From Candidatus Latescibacterota bacterium (lineage in GTDB: Bacteria > Latescibacterota > UBA2968): a DNA stretch of 64,000 nt. Location of the stretch: positions 1,920,001-1,984,000 of the forward strand of contig OZ242010.1 of the NCBI GenBank assembly GCA_965204745.1, in the 5' to 3' direction. The position numbers and the translations under genes were made by a program. The notes below the pieces were generated by a model. That model was given only the letters and a program-made list of their open reading frames with translations, was not told the origin of the DNA and ran no database searches. Positions 8,868-18,865 of this stretch are shown here, one piece after another (position 1 is the stretch's first letter; every line of letters begins with the position of its first letter).

Positions 8868-10214
8868 TTAATTTGCATAAGACACAGTGCCGGTTTCATC
8901 GACCGTATAGCCCCACTGGTCGATATACGCCGCGCCGGGTAGAAACGAGTCGTTTTGTGCGTCGAGGCGGCGTTGTAGCCAGGCGTCTAATTCGAGTCGC
9001 AACTTCGCGTAGTCGGGGTGGTCGATGAGATTGTTCAACTGGAAGGGATCGGCATCGTTGTCGTAGAGCAACCACGGGCCGTCCAATGAGCGAACGTACG
9101 TGTATTGCCCGGTGCGTAGGCCGCGGTATTCACGGCCTCCCTTTGCGCGTGTCCACTGCCCAAAGGGTTGCGGGCATTGCAACAGAGCCGCGCCATCAGA
9201 GGGCGTGTCGCCCCCGTTGAGATAGGCCGAATAATCCAAGCCCTCGACCGTGGCCGGGATGTCGATCCCGCACAGGCCCAACAGCGTGGGCATGATGTCC
9301 GGGATGTCGATGGGGGCGTCAATCTCGCGGCCCGATGCGCCGAATTGCGCGGGCCAGCGCAACAAGAACGGAATGCGAATGGACTCGTCCCAAGGCTGTT
9401 GCTTTTTCGCGCTGCCCTGCGAGCCGAGCATGTCGCCGTGATCCGAAAAAAAGAGCAAGATCGTGTTGTCCGCCATGCCCGCGTCGTCGAGGGTTTGGAG
9501 CAGGTCGCCCATGCAATCGTCGAGCGCGGTGCAATGGGCGTAGTATCCCGCGATCCATTGTCGGGCGTTTGCTTCGGATTGCGGGGGCACATTGGGGCGC
9601 AACGGCACGTCTTCTGCGCGATACATGGCGCGGTATTTTTCCGGCGCGGTTTCATAAGGCGCGTGCGGCGGCCCCCACGAGAGCGCGAGGAGGAAGGGGT
9701 TGTCCGCATTGCGATTTTGAATGTAGGCTTGCACGTCGCGCGTTTGTGCGATGGCGTCGTATCCCTCCCACAGGAGCTTTTCGTCCGAGTTATCGGCATA
9801 GTAAAAAGATCGGTTGTAATTGTGCGTGCATTCCAACACTTTCCAATAGTCAAAGCCCTGCCGGTTTTCAGGGGGAATGTAGTTGGATCGCCCATTTGCA
9901 TGGACGTGCCATTTGCCGACGTACGCAGTGTCGTAGCCCGCGTTTTTGAATGCATGGGCAAGGCTCATCGCCCTGTCGCTCAGGTGAACATCGTTGACAA
10001 AAACCCCGTGCGTGAGGGGGTATTGACCCGTGAGCAGAGACGCACGCGCCGGGCTACAGACCGAGCACCCGGAAACCGCGTGCGTGGCATTGATGCTTTG
10101 AGACGCGAGCCGGTCGATGTTGGGCGTTTGCACGCAGGTGTTGCCGGCATAACCAAATGCCTGTGCGCGCCACTGATCGCCGAAGATGAGGATGACATTG
10201 GGAGATTCGGGCAT
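8868..10214 (-). CDS. Formylglycine-dependent sulfatase
   Basis: PNVILIFGDQWR, CSPAR, GKWH, SDHGDMLG. Confidence 0.93.
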   Translation of the reverse strand: MPESPNVILIFGDQWRAQAFGYAGNTCVQTPNIDRLASQSINATHAVSGCSVCSPARASLLTGQYPLTHGVFVNDVHLSDRAMSLAHAFKNAGYDTAYVGKWHVHANGRSNYIPPENRQGFDYWKVLECTHNYNRSFYYADNSDEKLLWEGYDAIAQTRDVQAYIQNRNADNPFLLALSWGPPHAPYETAPEKYRAMYRAEDVPLRPNVPPQSEANARQWIAGYYAHCTALDDCMGDLLQTLDDAGMADNTILLFFSDHGDMLGSQGSAKKQQPWDESIRIPFLLRWPAQFGASGREIDAPIDIPDIMPTLLGLCGIDIPATVEGLDYSAYLNGGDTPSDGAALLQCPQPFGQWTRAKGGREYRGLRTGQYTYVRSLDGPWLLYDNDADPFQLNNLIDHPDYAKLRLELDAWLQRRLDAQNDSFLPGAAYIDQWGYTVDETGTVSYAN

Positions 10215-10538
10215 GGAAATTCCTTTGGTTTGAGAGGTGATCCCGCATAAAACCGCGCCTATATTATGGTCGAGCAAGCCCCTTGTCAATATGTCTGACG
10301 AAGGGAATCTGTGATGCGGTTAGATTCTGGCAGACGAATAGTCAGTAGTCAGTGGTCAGTGGTCAGTGGTCAGGTGCGATTTGATGCAGACAGACGAATA
10401 GTAGGTCCAAAAAAATTAAACCAGCCTCGCAGAAATCGGGACTTGCCCCACGCCTGTGATTTTGCTTAATTTAGCAAACCCAAGTTCTCGTCGATAAAGA
10501 CAGGGACAACCGCGCCATTTTGCGATGAGGGAAAAAAC

Positions 10539-11243
10539 ATGAATGCTATCTGGATTCAAAAGAAAATTCAACTTGGGAATCGCGCCAAGTTTGTTCTGAA
10601 GGTGCCCTTGCATGTGACCGCCGAGGCTTTGACCTCCCAAACATTCTCCTTGCCCGTTTATGCTCGGTATCGCACCCGTGTAGAAGTCAAAAAAAACCCC
10701 GGTCGAAAATCTCTCGATTCGGCTCTATTCCGAAGATGAGTTTAACGCGCCAGACAGGTGACAGAGGCGGATGTGGAACAAGTCAAAAACGAACTCATAC
10801 GCGGGGTCAACGCGCTGGCGTTAGATAAATTTGACAACCTCATCAATTCGGGAGACACTTCAGAAGATGCCATCTCAGATGAAGACGCGCTAAAAATCCT
10901 GAAAACGATTGCCGACAACAGCGGAACGGGCCCCTGTCATCGCGATAGAATGGATGGCGAAATATCGGTTGATACCATTTTGGACGATCTCGTAAAGCGG
11001 GATGTCGTCGAATGTGATCGGGGGCAGTATTATCGCATTCGGGTCGGCCTTTTCAATGAGTGGCTCATCGTCAACGGATGAAAGGAAAACGAAATGAATG
11101 ATGCGTTTGAAAACCCATTGGCCCACAACCGCGACGAGTCCCTCCGCGAATACGAACGTCAAATTGCCGAGGGGTATTGCAACGAGATTTTGAACAAACT
11201 CGATGTCGGCGACAGTGACATTCGAAAACAGTCACCAAAATGA
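10539..11243 (+). pseudogene. Fragmented remnants of ATPase-like genes
   Basis: Three short discontinuous ORFs (10539-10739, 10758-11081 ending in a wHTH-like tail, 11094-11243); lower GC. Confidence 0.4.
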
Positions 11244-11252
11244 GGAACTCCC

Positions 11253-12362
11253 ATGCTGACGAGTTTTACCGTAACAAATTTTCGCAATCTCGAGTCGGTC
11301 ACATTGGAACGCCTCGGGCGAATGACGCTGATCGGCGGAAAAAATGGGGTGGGCAAAACGGCTCTTCTCGAAGCACTCTGGTTGCTCGCGGGTTCAGATC
11401 TTCCGGAATTGAGTGGGCGAATAAATTCATTCAGGGGGCTTCCAACACTTGGGCCTGAAACGATTTTTCAAGACATCTTTCGCAACTTCGATACGCGGAC
11501 GCACATCAAAATGAGTGCATCGGGAGATTGGGGAAGCCATCCGCGAAAATTGGAGATCTATTTACAGAAACGCCAACAGGTCGATACCATCCGTTCAGAT
11601 GCTTTGGAAAGGGCGAGCATAGAACGGTTGACGCGCCCCCTAACCGAAGGCGAGTTTGAACTCGTGTTTCGATACCAGCATGGCAGTGATGACGCCTACA
11701 CATCCCGAGCATGGTGGGTTGCAGAGCAGATGCCGGTTGGCCCTGTCACCGCGTTGACGAATGAGGGTATCCGCCAAGAGCGACAATCCGTCCACAACAG
11801 GACCAATTCGGTATTCATGCCAGCGGTTCTCCGAGACAGCCTCCAAGCCATTGCATTGAGGTTTGGCAAATTTCAGTTGGAGAGAAAGGATGCCGAAATT
11901 CTGAGGTTCTTGTGTCTTTTGGAACCGCGCTTGACGGGATTGACCCTTATCGCGATCAACAATATACCCGTCATCCACGCGTACCTAGACGGCATGAGCA
12001 GGCCCATCCCCGTCCAGTTGCTCGGTGAAGGTTTGAACCGGATGCTCGGACTCGTGTTGTCTATGAGCGAGGCGAGTGGCGGATTGCTCTTGATAGATGA
12101 GATCGAAAACGGCTTGCATCACACCGTACAAGAAAAAGTGTTTTCCATCCTGCTGGACATGGCCGGATCATTTGATGTGCAGATATTCGCCACGACGCAC
12201 AGCGACGAGTGTATCAGGGCAGCGCACCGGGGGCTCGCAAAACAGGGGCAGCAAGCGTTGGCATTCTACCGCCTTGATCGCGTTAAAGAATCGGTCAAGG
12301 CGGTGGGCTTTGACAGCGAGCGGATCGAAACGGCCATCAAATACAACATGGAGATCAGGTAA
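11253..12362 (+). CDS. ABC-type/AAA_21-like ATPase
   Basis: NFRNL, Walker A GKNGVGKT, signature LGEG, Walker B LLIDEIENGLH, TTHS. Confidence 0.88.
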   Translation: MLTSFTVTNFRNLESVTLERLGRMTLIGGKNGVGKTALLEALWLLAGSDLPELSGRINSFRGLPTLGPETIFQDIFRNFDTRTHIKMSASGDWGSHPRKLEIYLQKRQQVDTIRSDALERASIERLTRPLTEGEFELVFRYQHGSDDAYTSRAWWVAEQMPVGPVTALTNEGIRQERQSVHNRTNSVFMPAVLRDSLQAIALRFGKFQLERKDAEILRFLCLLEPRLTGLTLIAINNIPVIHAYLDGMSRPIPVQLLGEGLNRMLGLVLSMSEASGGLLLIDEIENGLHHTVQEKVFSILLDMAGSFDVQIFATTHSDECIRAAHRGLAKQGQQALAFYRLDRVKESVKAVGFDSERIETAIKYNMEIR

Positions 12363-12510
12363 GACGTAAGACGTAAGACGTAAGACGTAAGACGTAAGAC
12401 GTAAGACGTAAGACGTAAGACGTAAGACGTAAGACGTAAGACGTAAGACGTAAGACGTAAGACGTAAGACGTAAGACGTAAGACGTGAGACGTGAGACGT
12501 GAGACGTGAG
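12359..12510 (+). repeat. Heptamer array (GTAAGAC)x18 + (GTGAGAC)x3
   Basis: Perfect tandem repeat overlapping the ATPase TAA stop. Confidence 0.97.
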
Positions 12511-12547
12511 AAGGCAACCCATCAAATACAATATGGAGATCGGATAA

Positions 12548-13165
12548 GTGCCCGACCACCTGAAGATCGAACAACCGAAACAGGTCATCGTTGAGGGCAA
12601 CGACGACGTTCGGGTATTTGGCGCGCTAGCCAAGCATCTGAATATCCGAGATGTGCAAATACACGGTTATGGCGGAATCGACAACTTGCGGAGATTTCTC
12701 GATACCTTCCGGAATTTGCCCGAATTTGGTCGCGTTCAATCTCTTGCAGTCGTGGCGGATGCAAACTCGGATAGGGACAAAAGAGAACGCCGGATTTGCA
12801 ACGCATTGTCAGATATGGCATTGCCAACCCCATCTCATCCGCTTGAAATCGCTTCAAATGGCGAGTTGCAAGTCGCCTATTTGGTTATTCCACATAACGC
12901 AACGGGCACGATGAGCGAGGATGTGTGCCTCAACTCGGTAAGCGCTGACCCCGCAATGGAATGTGTGGGTCGGTATTTTGAATGCCTTAGCCAGACCGAG
13001 ATCGAGGGGCCAAAAAAAGTATGGATGTCAAAGGCGCGATTACACGCATTCCTCGCGTCGAGAGACCGTCCTGGCCTCCGCTTGGGCGAGGCCGCAGAAA
13101 GCGGGATATGGCCGTTGGAAACCGATGCGTTCCGGCCATTGCTGGAACTGATCAGAATGCTGTGA
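12548..13165 (+). CDS. DUF3226-like TOPRIM-fold protein (ATPase partner)
   Basis: VIVEGNDD, VVADAN, G.MSED.CL; directly follows the ABC ATPase. Confidence 0.7.
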   Translation: MPDHLKIEQPKQVIVEGNDDVRVFGALAKHLNIRDVQIHGYGGIDNLRRFLDTFRNLPEFGRVQSLAVVADANSDRDKRERRICNALSDMALPTPSHPLEIASNGELQVAYLVIPHNATGTMSEDVCLNSVSADPAMECVGRYFECLSQTEIEGPKKVWMSKARLHAFLASRDRPGLRLGEAAESGIWPLETDAFRPLLELIRML

Positions 13166-13208
13166 ATAAATCGATTCAAACAAACACCACCTCAACTTGG
13201 AGTGTGAC

Positions 13209-13655
13209 ATGGCGATTACGCAACTCGAACCGAGAGAAGCGAAGGCCGCGATAGATGAAGCGGAAAATGCGGTTTATTTGGATGTGCGTACGGAAATGGA
13301 ATTTGCACAGGGGCATCCCCAAGGCGCGATCAACATTCCGGTTGCCGTGCCCGGGGCCGCGGGCCTGATGCCGAATCCCGATTTTTTGACCGTCGTCCAA
13401 GACGTGTTGCCGGACAAAGACCAACCCGTGTTTTGCGGCTGTCAGGTCGGAATGCGCTCCCAGATGGCCGCGGAATTGATGGCGCGAGCCGGGTATTCCA
13501 AGCTGGTCAATGTGCAGGGCGGCTTTGGCGGCAAAGTCGAAAATGGCGTCCTCGTGGTCGCGGGATGGCGCGATTCCAATTTGCCGGTGGAAACAGAGGT
13601 CAACGACGCCAATTCCTACGCGAGCCTCAAAGCGCGGAGAGCGAAAAGCGAATAG
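13209..13655 (+). CDS. Rhodanese-like domain protein
   Basis: LDVRT..EF..GHP.GAINIP, CQVGMRS. Confidence 0.88.
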   Translation: MAITQLEPREAKAAIDEAENAVYLDVRTEMEFAQGHPQGAINIPVAVPGAAGLMPNPDFLTVVQDVLPDKDQPVFCGCQVGMRSQMAAELMARAGYSKLVNVQGGFGGKVENGVLVVAGWRDSNLPVETEVNDANSYASLKARRAKSE

Positions 13656-13714
13656 ATGAATAGATGCACCGGCGTAGCCCAATCCCTCAGTGTTGAGTCC
13701 CCATCTCGTCATCC

Positions 13715-13740
13715 GTAGGGATAGGCGCCCGTGCCTGTCC
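13715..13740 (+). repeat. GTAG-type REP
   Basis: GTAGGGATAGGCGCCCGTGCCTGTCC; relatives at 1650, 18821, 40223(-), 63089. Confidence 0.7.
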
Positions 13741-13765
13741 GAAGCCGATTCGCCAAGGTGGTTGA

Positions 13766-14794
13766 ATGTCAAGAATGAACGACATCCGCGCACGCGAAGC
13801 ATTTGTCGCCGCGGCGAATTTGCAGGTTGGCAGTCGGGTATTGGACCTCGGCTGGGAGGGCGAATGTCTCGGGCGTTTGCAGGGCATAGACATACAGGTG
13901 ACGTTTGTGGCAGAGGACATCCGCGCAGTGCAACCGGGCAACGGGGTGTTGAGCACGACGCCATCGCAGGTCGTTTCCAATGTCCAGGTCGCCTTTTACA
14001 AACCCGCGCAAAAAGCCGCCAAGGGTCAAGTGTTTGAGTGGATCGACGAGAGTTTCAACGCCCTCGAACTCGGCGGCGCGTTCTATTTGGCGGGGCAGCG
14101 CAATCGCGGGGTGCGGAGTTATGCCAAGTATCTAACAGCGGTTTTTGGCAACGGCAAACGCCTCGGGCGCGTGGGCAGGGTGGAAATGTACAGCGCGAAA
14201 AAAGAACGGCCCGACCCCTTGCGAGCACCGGTGGACACGCGCATCTCATTTGCATTGTGCGGGTTGCCGCAGGGCCGCTATGAGATCGAAACCCGTGCGG
14301 GCGTTTTCTCTCGGGATGGACTCGATCCCGGTACCGAATTGTTGATCGCCTGCATGGCGGTTCGGCCCACAGATAGCGTATTGGACTGGGGATGTGGCTG
14401 GGGCGCGTTGGGCATGGTGGCAGCGCGGTTGGCGAGCCGCGGCCGCGCAACGCTCGTCGATTCGAGTCTTCGCGCCATCGCTTGCGCGAAAAACAATTTG
14501 ACGCGCAACCGGATTCGCAACGCGGTCGCCCGAGTGCAAGACGCATGTGTTTATGCCAAAACTGAAAAATACGATCTGATCGTTTCAAACCCGCCCCTGC
14601 ACGATGGCAATGCCGCGGCGCATCCCCTCATCGAAGGCGCGTATCGCGCCCTGCGACCGGGCGGCCGGTTGATGCTCGTCGTGATGCGTGTGGAACCGTA
14701 TTTGAAACACATCCGCAAGGTCTTTGGGCAAGGGGAAATCGCAGTGCAAAAAGACGGGTATGCCGTTCTCGTGGCCCGGGTTGGGAACCCATAG
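13766..14794 (+). CDS. RsmC/MTS-like SAM-dependent methyltransferase
   Basis: GVFS..GLDPGT.LL, LDWGCGWG, SNPPLH. Confidence 0.85.
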   Translation: MSRMNDIRAREAFVAAANLQVGSRVLDLGWEGECLGRLQGIDIQVTFVAEDIRAVQPGNGVLSTTPSQVVSNVQVAFYKPAQKAAKGQVFEWIDESFNALELGGAFYLAGQRNRGVRSYAKYLTAVFGNGKRLGRVGRVEMYSAKKERPDPLRAPVDTRISFALCGLPQGRYEIETRAGVFSRDGLDPGTELLIACMAVRPTDSVLDWGCGWGALGMVAARLASRGRATLVDSSLRAIACAKNNLTRNRIRNAVARVQDACVYAKTEKYDLIVSNPPLHDGNAAAHPLIEGAYRALRPGGRLMLVVMRVEPYLKHIRKVFGQGEIAVQKDGYAVLVARVGNP

Positions 14795-14964
14795 ATGCCT
14801 CAAGCGTTTATGGCGATGAAGGACGAGGTCTGATAGTCGGTCGCGGGTTTCCGCATGGGTCCTGTCTGGGTTCCCTCCCGCCAGATTGGGATGCTTCGCG
14901 GAAGCCCGCTTTTTTGTGGTTGACACATCCATTTTCAAAGCGTTAATTCCCATCGGCAAAAGGC

Positions 14965-14993
14965 TTGACAGCCCGGAACGTCGGTTGTATCGT
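14965..14993 (+). promoter_or_regulatory. Sigma70 promoter of the molybdenum hydroxylase operon
   Basis: TTGACA-17-TATCGT upstream of RBS TAAGGAGG. Confidence 0.6.
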
Positions 14994-15037
14994 TAGCCGA
15001 TTTGTTCAAATAATTCACTACATAAGGAGGAGACGAA

Positions 15038-15913
15038 TTGAACGCATTTGACTATGCTGCCCCAAGGTCTGTCGATGAGGCCATTTCCCTGTTGTCTGCG
15101 GGCAATGGCAATGTCGGCATTCTAGCAGGTGGCACCGACTTGATCGCGCAGTTGAAGGAGAACCGTCGCAAGATCGACTTGTTGCTCGATCTCAAGCGGA
15201 TTCCCGAAGCAACGGCGTTGACGTTTAACGAGGCGGGTTTGCACATTGGCGCGGCGACGCCCTGTGCCAAAATTTACACGTCCGATGTGGTCGAGCGCCT
15301 GTATCCCGCGCTCGTGGATTGCACCGAGCTCATCGGTTCGATTCAGATTCAAAACCGCGGCTCGATGGGCGGCAACTTTTGCAATGCGTCGCCCGCGGCA
15401 GACACCCCGCCATCTGTGATCGTGCAAGGGGGCGCGTGTCGCATCGTTGGCCCCAGTGGTGAGCGCGAAGTCGCCGCAGAGGATTTCTTCGTAGGCCCCG
15501 GGCAAAATGCCCTGCGAGCCGGCGAGTTGCTCATCGCCATTCGCATTCCAACCCCGGCTGCCAATTCCGGGGCGTTCTTCCTGCGCTTTATCCCGCGCAA
15601 TGAAATGGACATCGCCGTCGCCAATGCCGCGGCGGCTGTGGTGTTGGACGAGGACAAAGCGACCATCCAATCCGCGCGCGTCTCTATCGGCGCGGTCGCG
15701 CCAACGCCCCTGCTCGTCGCAGGCGCGGGGGACGCACTCGCGGGCAAAGCCACAGATGACGAAGATGCGATCCATGCCGCCTGCGAGGCAGCGCGTGCAG
15801 CGGCCAACCCCATCAGCGATATGCGGGGCACCATCGAACAGCGGGTTCACCTGAGCGGGGTTTTGACGGGCCGCGCCATTCGGGGAGCCATTCAAAGAGC
15901 AAAGGAGTCTTAA
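15038..15913 (+). CDS. Xanthine dehydrogenase/CoxM-family FAD subunit
   Basis: LAGGTDL, QIQNRGSMGGN.CNASPAAD; TTG start with strong RBS. Confidence 0.9.
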   Translation: MNAFDYAAPRSVDEAISLLSAGNGNVGILAGGTDLIAQLKENRRKIDLLLDLKRIPEATALTFNEAGLHIGAATPCAKIYTSDVVERLYPALVDCTELIGSIQIQNRGSMGGNFCNASPAADTPPSVIVQGGACRIVGPSGEREVAAEDFFVGPGQNALRAGELLIAIRIPTPAANSGAFFLRFIPRNEMDIAVANAAAAVVLDEDKATIQSARVSIGAVAPTPLLVAGAGDALAGKATDDEDAIHAACEAARAAANPISDMRGTIEQRVHLSGVLTGRAIRGAIQRAKES

Positions 15914-15917
15914 GCAC

Positions 15918-16394
15918 ATGGCAGGCAAAGTTCACGTTACGACGACGATCAACGGGGAATCGGTCGAATTTTTGTGCGAACCTCGGCAAACGATTCTCGA
16001 AGTTTTGCGGGATCAACTCGATCTCACGGGCACAAAAGAAGGGTGTAGCAATGGCAACTGCGGCGCGTGCAGCATTCTGGTCAATGGGCAGGTCATCGAC
16101 TCGTGCTTGATGATGGCCGTGGAAGCCGAAGGCGAGGAACTCACCACCATCGAAGGCATTGCCAGCGCAGACGGGTTGCACCCCATCCAGCAAAAATTTC
16201 TCGAACACGCGGCCCTTCAGTGCGGCATTTGCACGCCGGGCTTCATCATCGCGGCCAAGGCCCTGCTCGACGACGAGCCAACGCCTTCGGAAGAACGCAT
16301 TCGCCTGTACTTGGCCGGCAACCTGTGCCGCTGCACGGGTTACGACAAAATCGTTCGCGCAGTGCAAGACGTTGCATCTGCCATGGCCGAATAA
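15918..16394 (+). CDS. [2Fe-2S] small subunit (CoxS/XdhC-like)
   Basis: GTKEGC..G.CGAC, QCGICTPG, GNLCRCTGY. Confidence 0.95.
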   Translation: MAGKVHVTTTINGESVEFLCEPRQTILEVLRDQLDLTGTKEGCSNGNCGACSILVNGQVIDSCLMMAVEAEGEELTTIEGIASADGLHPIQQKFLEHAALQCGICTPGFIIAAKALLDDEPTPSEERIRLYLAGNLCRCTGYDKIVRAVQDVASAMAE

Positions 16395-16407
16395 GGGAGT
16401 AGCTCAA

Positions 16408-18693
16408 ATGGCGACAAGAACAGAAGATTATCTCGGCATTACGGATTACAAAGTCGTCGGCACGCGCCCAATCCGGCACGATGGGGTCGACAAAGTCATC
16501 GGCCGGGCCAAATACGGCGCGGACATCGACATGGCCGGCATGTTGCACGGCGCGGTGGCGCGCAGTCCGCATGCCCATGCGCGGATCGAGTCTTTGGACA
16601 CGCGCAAAGCCGAGGCCCTGCCCGGGGTCAAAGCCGTGATCACGGTTGCGGATTTGCCCTTGCAAGAAGACAAGATCGAAGAACTCGGCGAAGGCGCGGC
16701 GAATTTGCAACACCTGCGCGCCAACCTGCTCGCCGATAGCAAGGTCTTGTACCACGGGCACGCCATCGCAGCAGTCGCGGCAACCGATGTTCACACCGCG
16801 CAAGAAGCCATCGACTTGATCGACATCGAATACGAGGTATTGCAACCGGTGTTGACGGTCCACGAAGCCATGAAACCGGACGCGCCCTTGCTCTTGGAAA
16901 GCCAGACCACGCAATCCTTGGGCGAAGACACGGGCGCGGCGAGCAATGTGTGTACGCATTTTCGCCATGAACTCGGGGATGTGGAAAGGGGATTTGCCGA
17001 AGCCGACCTGATCATCGAGCGCGAATTTGACACGGCGACCGTGCATCAGGGCTACATCGAGCCGCAAAATGCCACGGCCCTGTGGAGCGCGGACGGTCAG
17101 ATCACCGTTTGGTGCAGCACGCAGGGCGCGTTTGACGTGCGTGCCCAAACCGCGCAAATCCTCGACGTGCCGGTTTCGCAGGTGAAGGTCGTGCCCATGG
17201 AAATCGGCGGCGGGTTTGGGGGCAAAATTCGCATTTACCTCGAACCCCTGGCCGCGGTTTTGTCCAAAAAGACCGGGCGGCCGGTCAAGATGATCATGAG
17301 CCGCACCGAGGTTTTGCAGGCGACCGGGCCCACTGCGGGGTCGTTTATCTCCTGCAAAATGGGTGTTGACAAAGCCGGCAAACTCGTCGCGGCTCAAGCC
17401 GATATGCGCTACGAATCCGGCAGTTTTCCCGGCAGTTGGGCCGCGCCCGGTGCCATGTGCATTTTCGCGCCTTACGACATCCCCCATGTGCTGATCGACG
17501 GGTACGAGGTCTTGGTCAACAAGCCGTGGACCATGGCCTATCGCGCGCCGGGGGCGACGAATGCGGCCTTTGCCTCGGAGACCGTCATCGACGAACTCTG
17601 CGAACAACTCGGCGTCGACCCCTTGGACTTTCGCCTCAAAAATTCCGCGAAAGAGGGCACGCGCCGCGCAGATGGCCCGGTATATCCGCGCATCGGGCAC
17701 GAGCAATGCGTGGAAACCGCGCGGTCTTGCGATCACTACGCCACCCGATTCAATGGCAAACACCGCGGGCGCGGCGTGGCTTCCGGGTTCTGGTTCAACG
17801 TGGGCCTCAAGTCGAGTGCGGCGGCGAGCGTCAATCCCGATGGCACGGTCAGTCTGGTCGAAGGCTCGACGGATATCGGCGGAACGCGCACCTCTATCGC
17901 CATGCAGTTGGCCGAAGTGCTCGGCATTGCCGCAGAAGACGTCAAGCCCCAAGTGGTCGATACGGACTCGGTCGGCGAAACAGACGTGACCGGGGGAAGC
18001 CGCACGACCTTTGCGACCGGATGGGCCGCGTATCAATGCGCGTTGGACATCAAAGCGCAACTGATCGAGCGCGCGGCCACGTTGTGGGAAATCTCGCCCG
18101 ACGATGTGGTCTTTGAAGATGGCGCGTTTTCCTCGTCGGATGCGTCTAAAACCATCTCGTTTGGGGAATTGGCAGGCAAACTCGGCGAAACCGGTGGCCC
18201 CCTCATGGGGCGGGCAACCGTGAATCCCCCCGGCGTTGGCGGGGCTTTTGCGGTGATGATCGTGGATGTCGAAGTCGATACCGGCACAGGCAAAGTGGAA
18301 ATTTTGCGCGCGTCCATGATTCAAGACGCGGGCAAAGCGATTCACCCCAGCTATGTCGAAGGGCAAATGCAGGGCGGCACCGCGCAGGGCATTGGGTGGG
18401 CACTCAACGAGGAATACGCGTACAATGCGGACGGGTTGCTGACCAACGCGAGCCTGCTCGATTACCGCATGCCCACCTGCCTCGATCTGCCCATGATCGA
18501 GACCCACATCGTGGAAGTGCCAAACCCGGGCCATCCCTACGGCGTGCGCGGCGTGGGCGAAGTGCCGATAGTGCCCCCGGCTGCGGCAGTTGCAAATGCC
18601 ATTTACGACGCCATCGGCGTCAGACTGACGACCCTGCCCATGTCGCCCGGCGAGGTCTTGAAGGCATTGTGGGCAAAAAACAACGGGCGATGA
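16408..18693 (+). CDS. Molybdopterin-binding large subunit, xanthine dehydrogenase family
   Basis: RSPHAHA, GGGFGGK, AYRAPG, EGQMQGG, GVGE. Confidence 0.92.
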   Translation: MATRTEDYLGITDYKVVGTRPIRHDGVDKVIGRAKYGADIDMAGMLHGAVARSPHAHARIESLDTRKAEALPGVKAVITVADLPLQEDKIEELGEGAANLQHLRANLLADSKVLYHGHAIAAVAATDVHTAQEAIDLIDIEYEVLQPVLTVHEAMKPDAPLLLESQTTQSLGEDTGAASNVCTHFRHELGDVERGFAEADLIIEREFDTATVHQGYIEPQNATALWSADGQITVWCSTQGAFDVRAQTAQILDVPVSQVKVVPMEIGGGFGGKIRIYLEPLAAVLSKKTGRPVKMIMSRTEVLQATGPTAGSFISCKMGVDKAGKLVAAQADMRYESGSFPGSWAAPGAMCIFAPYDIPHVLIDGYEVLVNKPWTMAYRAPGATNAAFASETVIDELCEQLGVDPLDFRLKNSAKEGTRRADGPVYPRIGHEQCVETARSCDHYATRFNGKHRGRGVASGFWFNVGLKSSAAASVNPDGTVSLVEGSTDIGGTRTSIAMQLAEVLGIAAEDVKPQVVDTDSVGETDVTGGSRTTFATGWAAYQCALDIKAQLIERAATLWEISPDDVVFEDGAFSSSDASKTISFGELAGKLGETGGPLMGRATVNPPGVGGAFAVMIVDVEVDTGTGKVEILRASMIQDAGKAIHPSYVEGQMQGGTAQGIGWALNEEYAYNADGLLTNASLLDYRMPTCLDLPMIETHIVEVPNPGHPYGVRGVGEVPIVPPAAAVANAIYDAIGVRLTTLPMSPGEVLKALWAKNNGR

Positions 18694-18738
18694 GCAAAGC
18701 GTCTTTGACCCGAATCAACCCAATGGAAAGATGGGATT

Positions 18739-18846
18739 TTAGCCACGAGCGGGGTACAACTGGCGGTAGCCAGTTCAAAGCCACAAAAGGCACAAAAGCC
18801 ACAAAAGGTGAGCGATATGTGTAGGGGCGATGCCCCGTGCTCGCCC
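18739..18846 (+). repeat. Hairpin repeat + CACAAAAGG nonamers + GTAG-REP
   Basis: Same module order as 1551-1675. Confidence 0.8.
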
Positions 18847-18865
18847 AATGGAAAGGGGACATCGC

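Noticed and set aside
12266-12633. ORFs with VLRLTSY or LSPLTSH peptide repeats (also 62060-63196)
   Set aside because: They are antisense translations of heptamer arrays that lack stops on that strand
16246-18534. Long antisense or alternate-frame ORFs (also 49-1398, 24092-25534, 28340-29605, 58015-59706, 7320-8408)
   Set aside because: Shadows of real GC-rich genes with no recognisable motifs
15038-18693. Aerobic CO dehydrogenase coxMSL
   Set aside because: The CODH active-site motifs are absent (AYRAPG)
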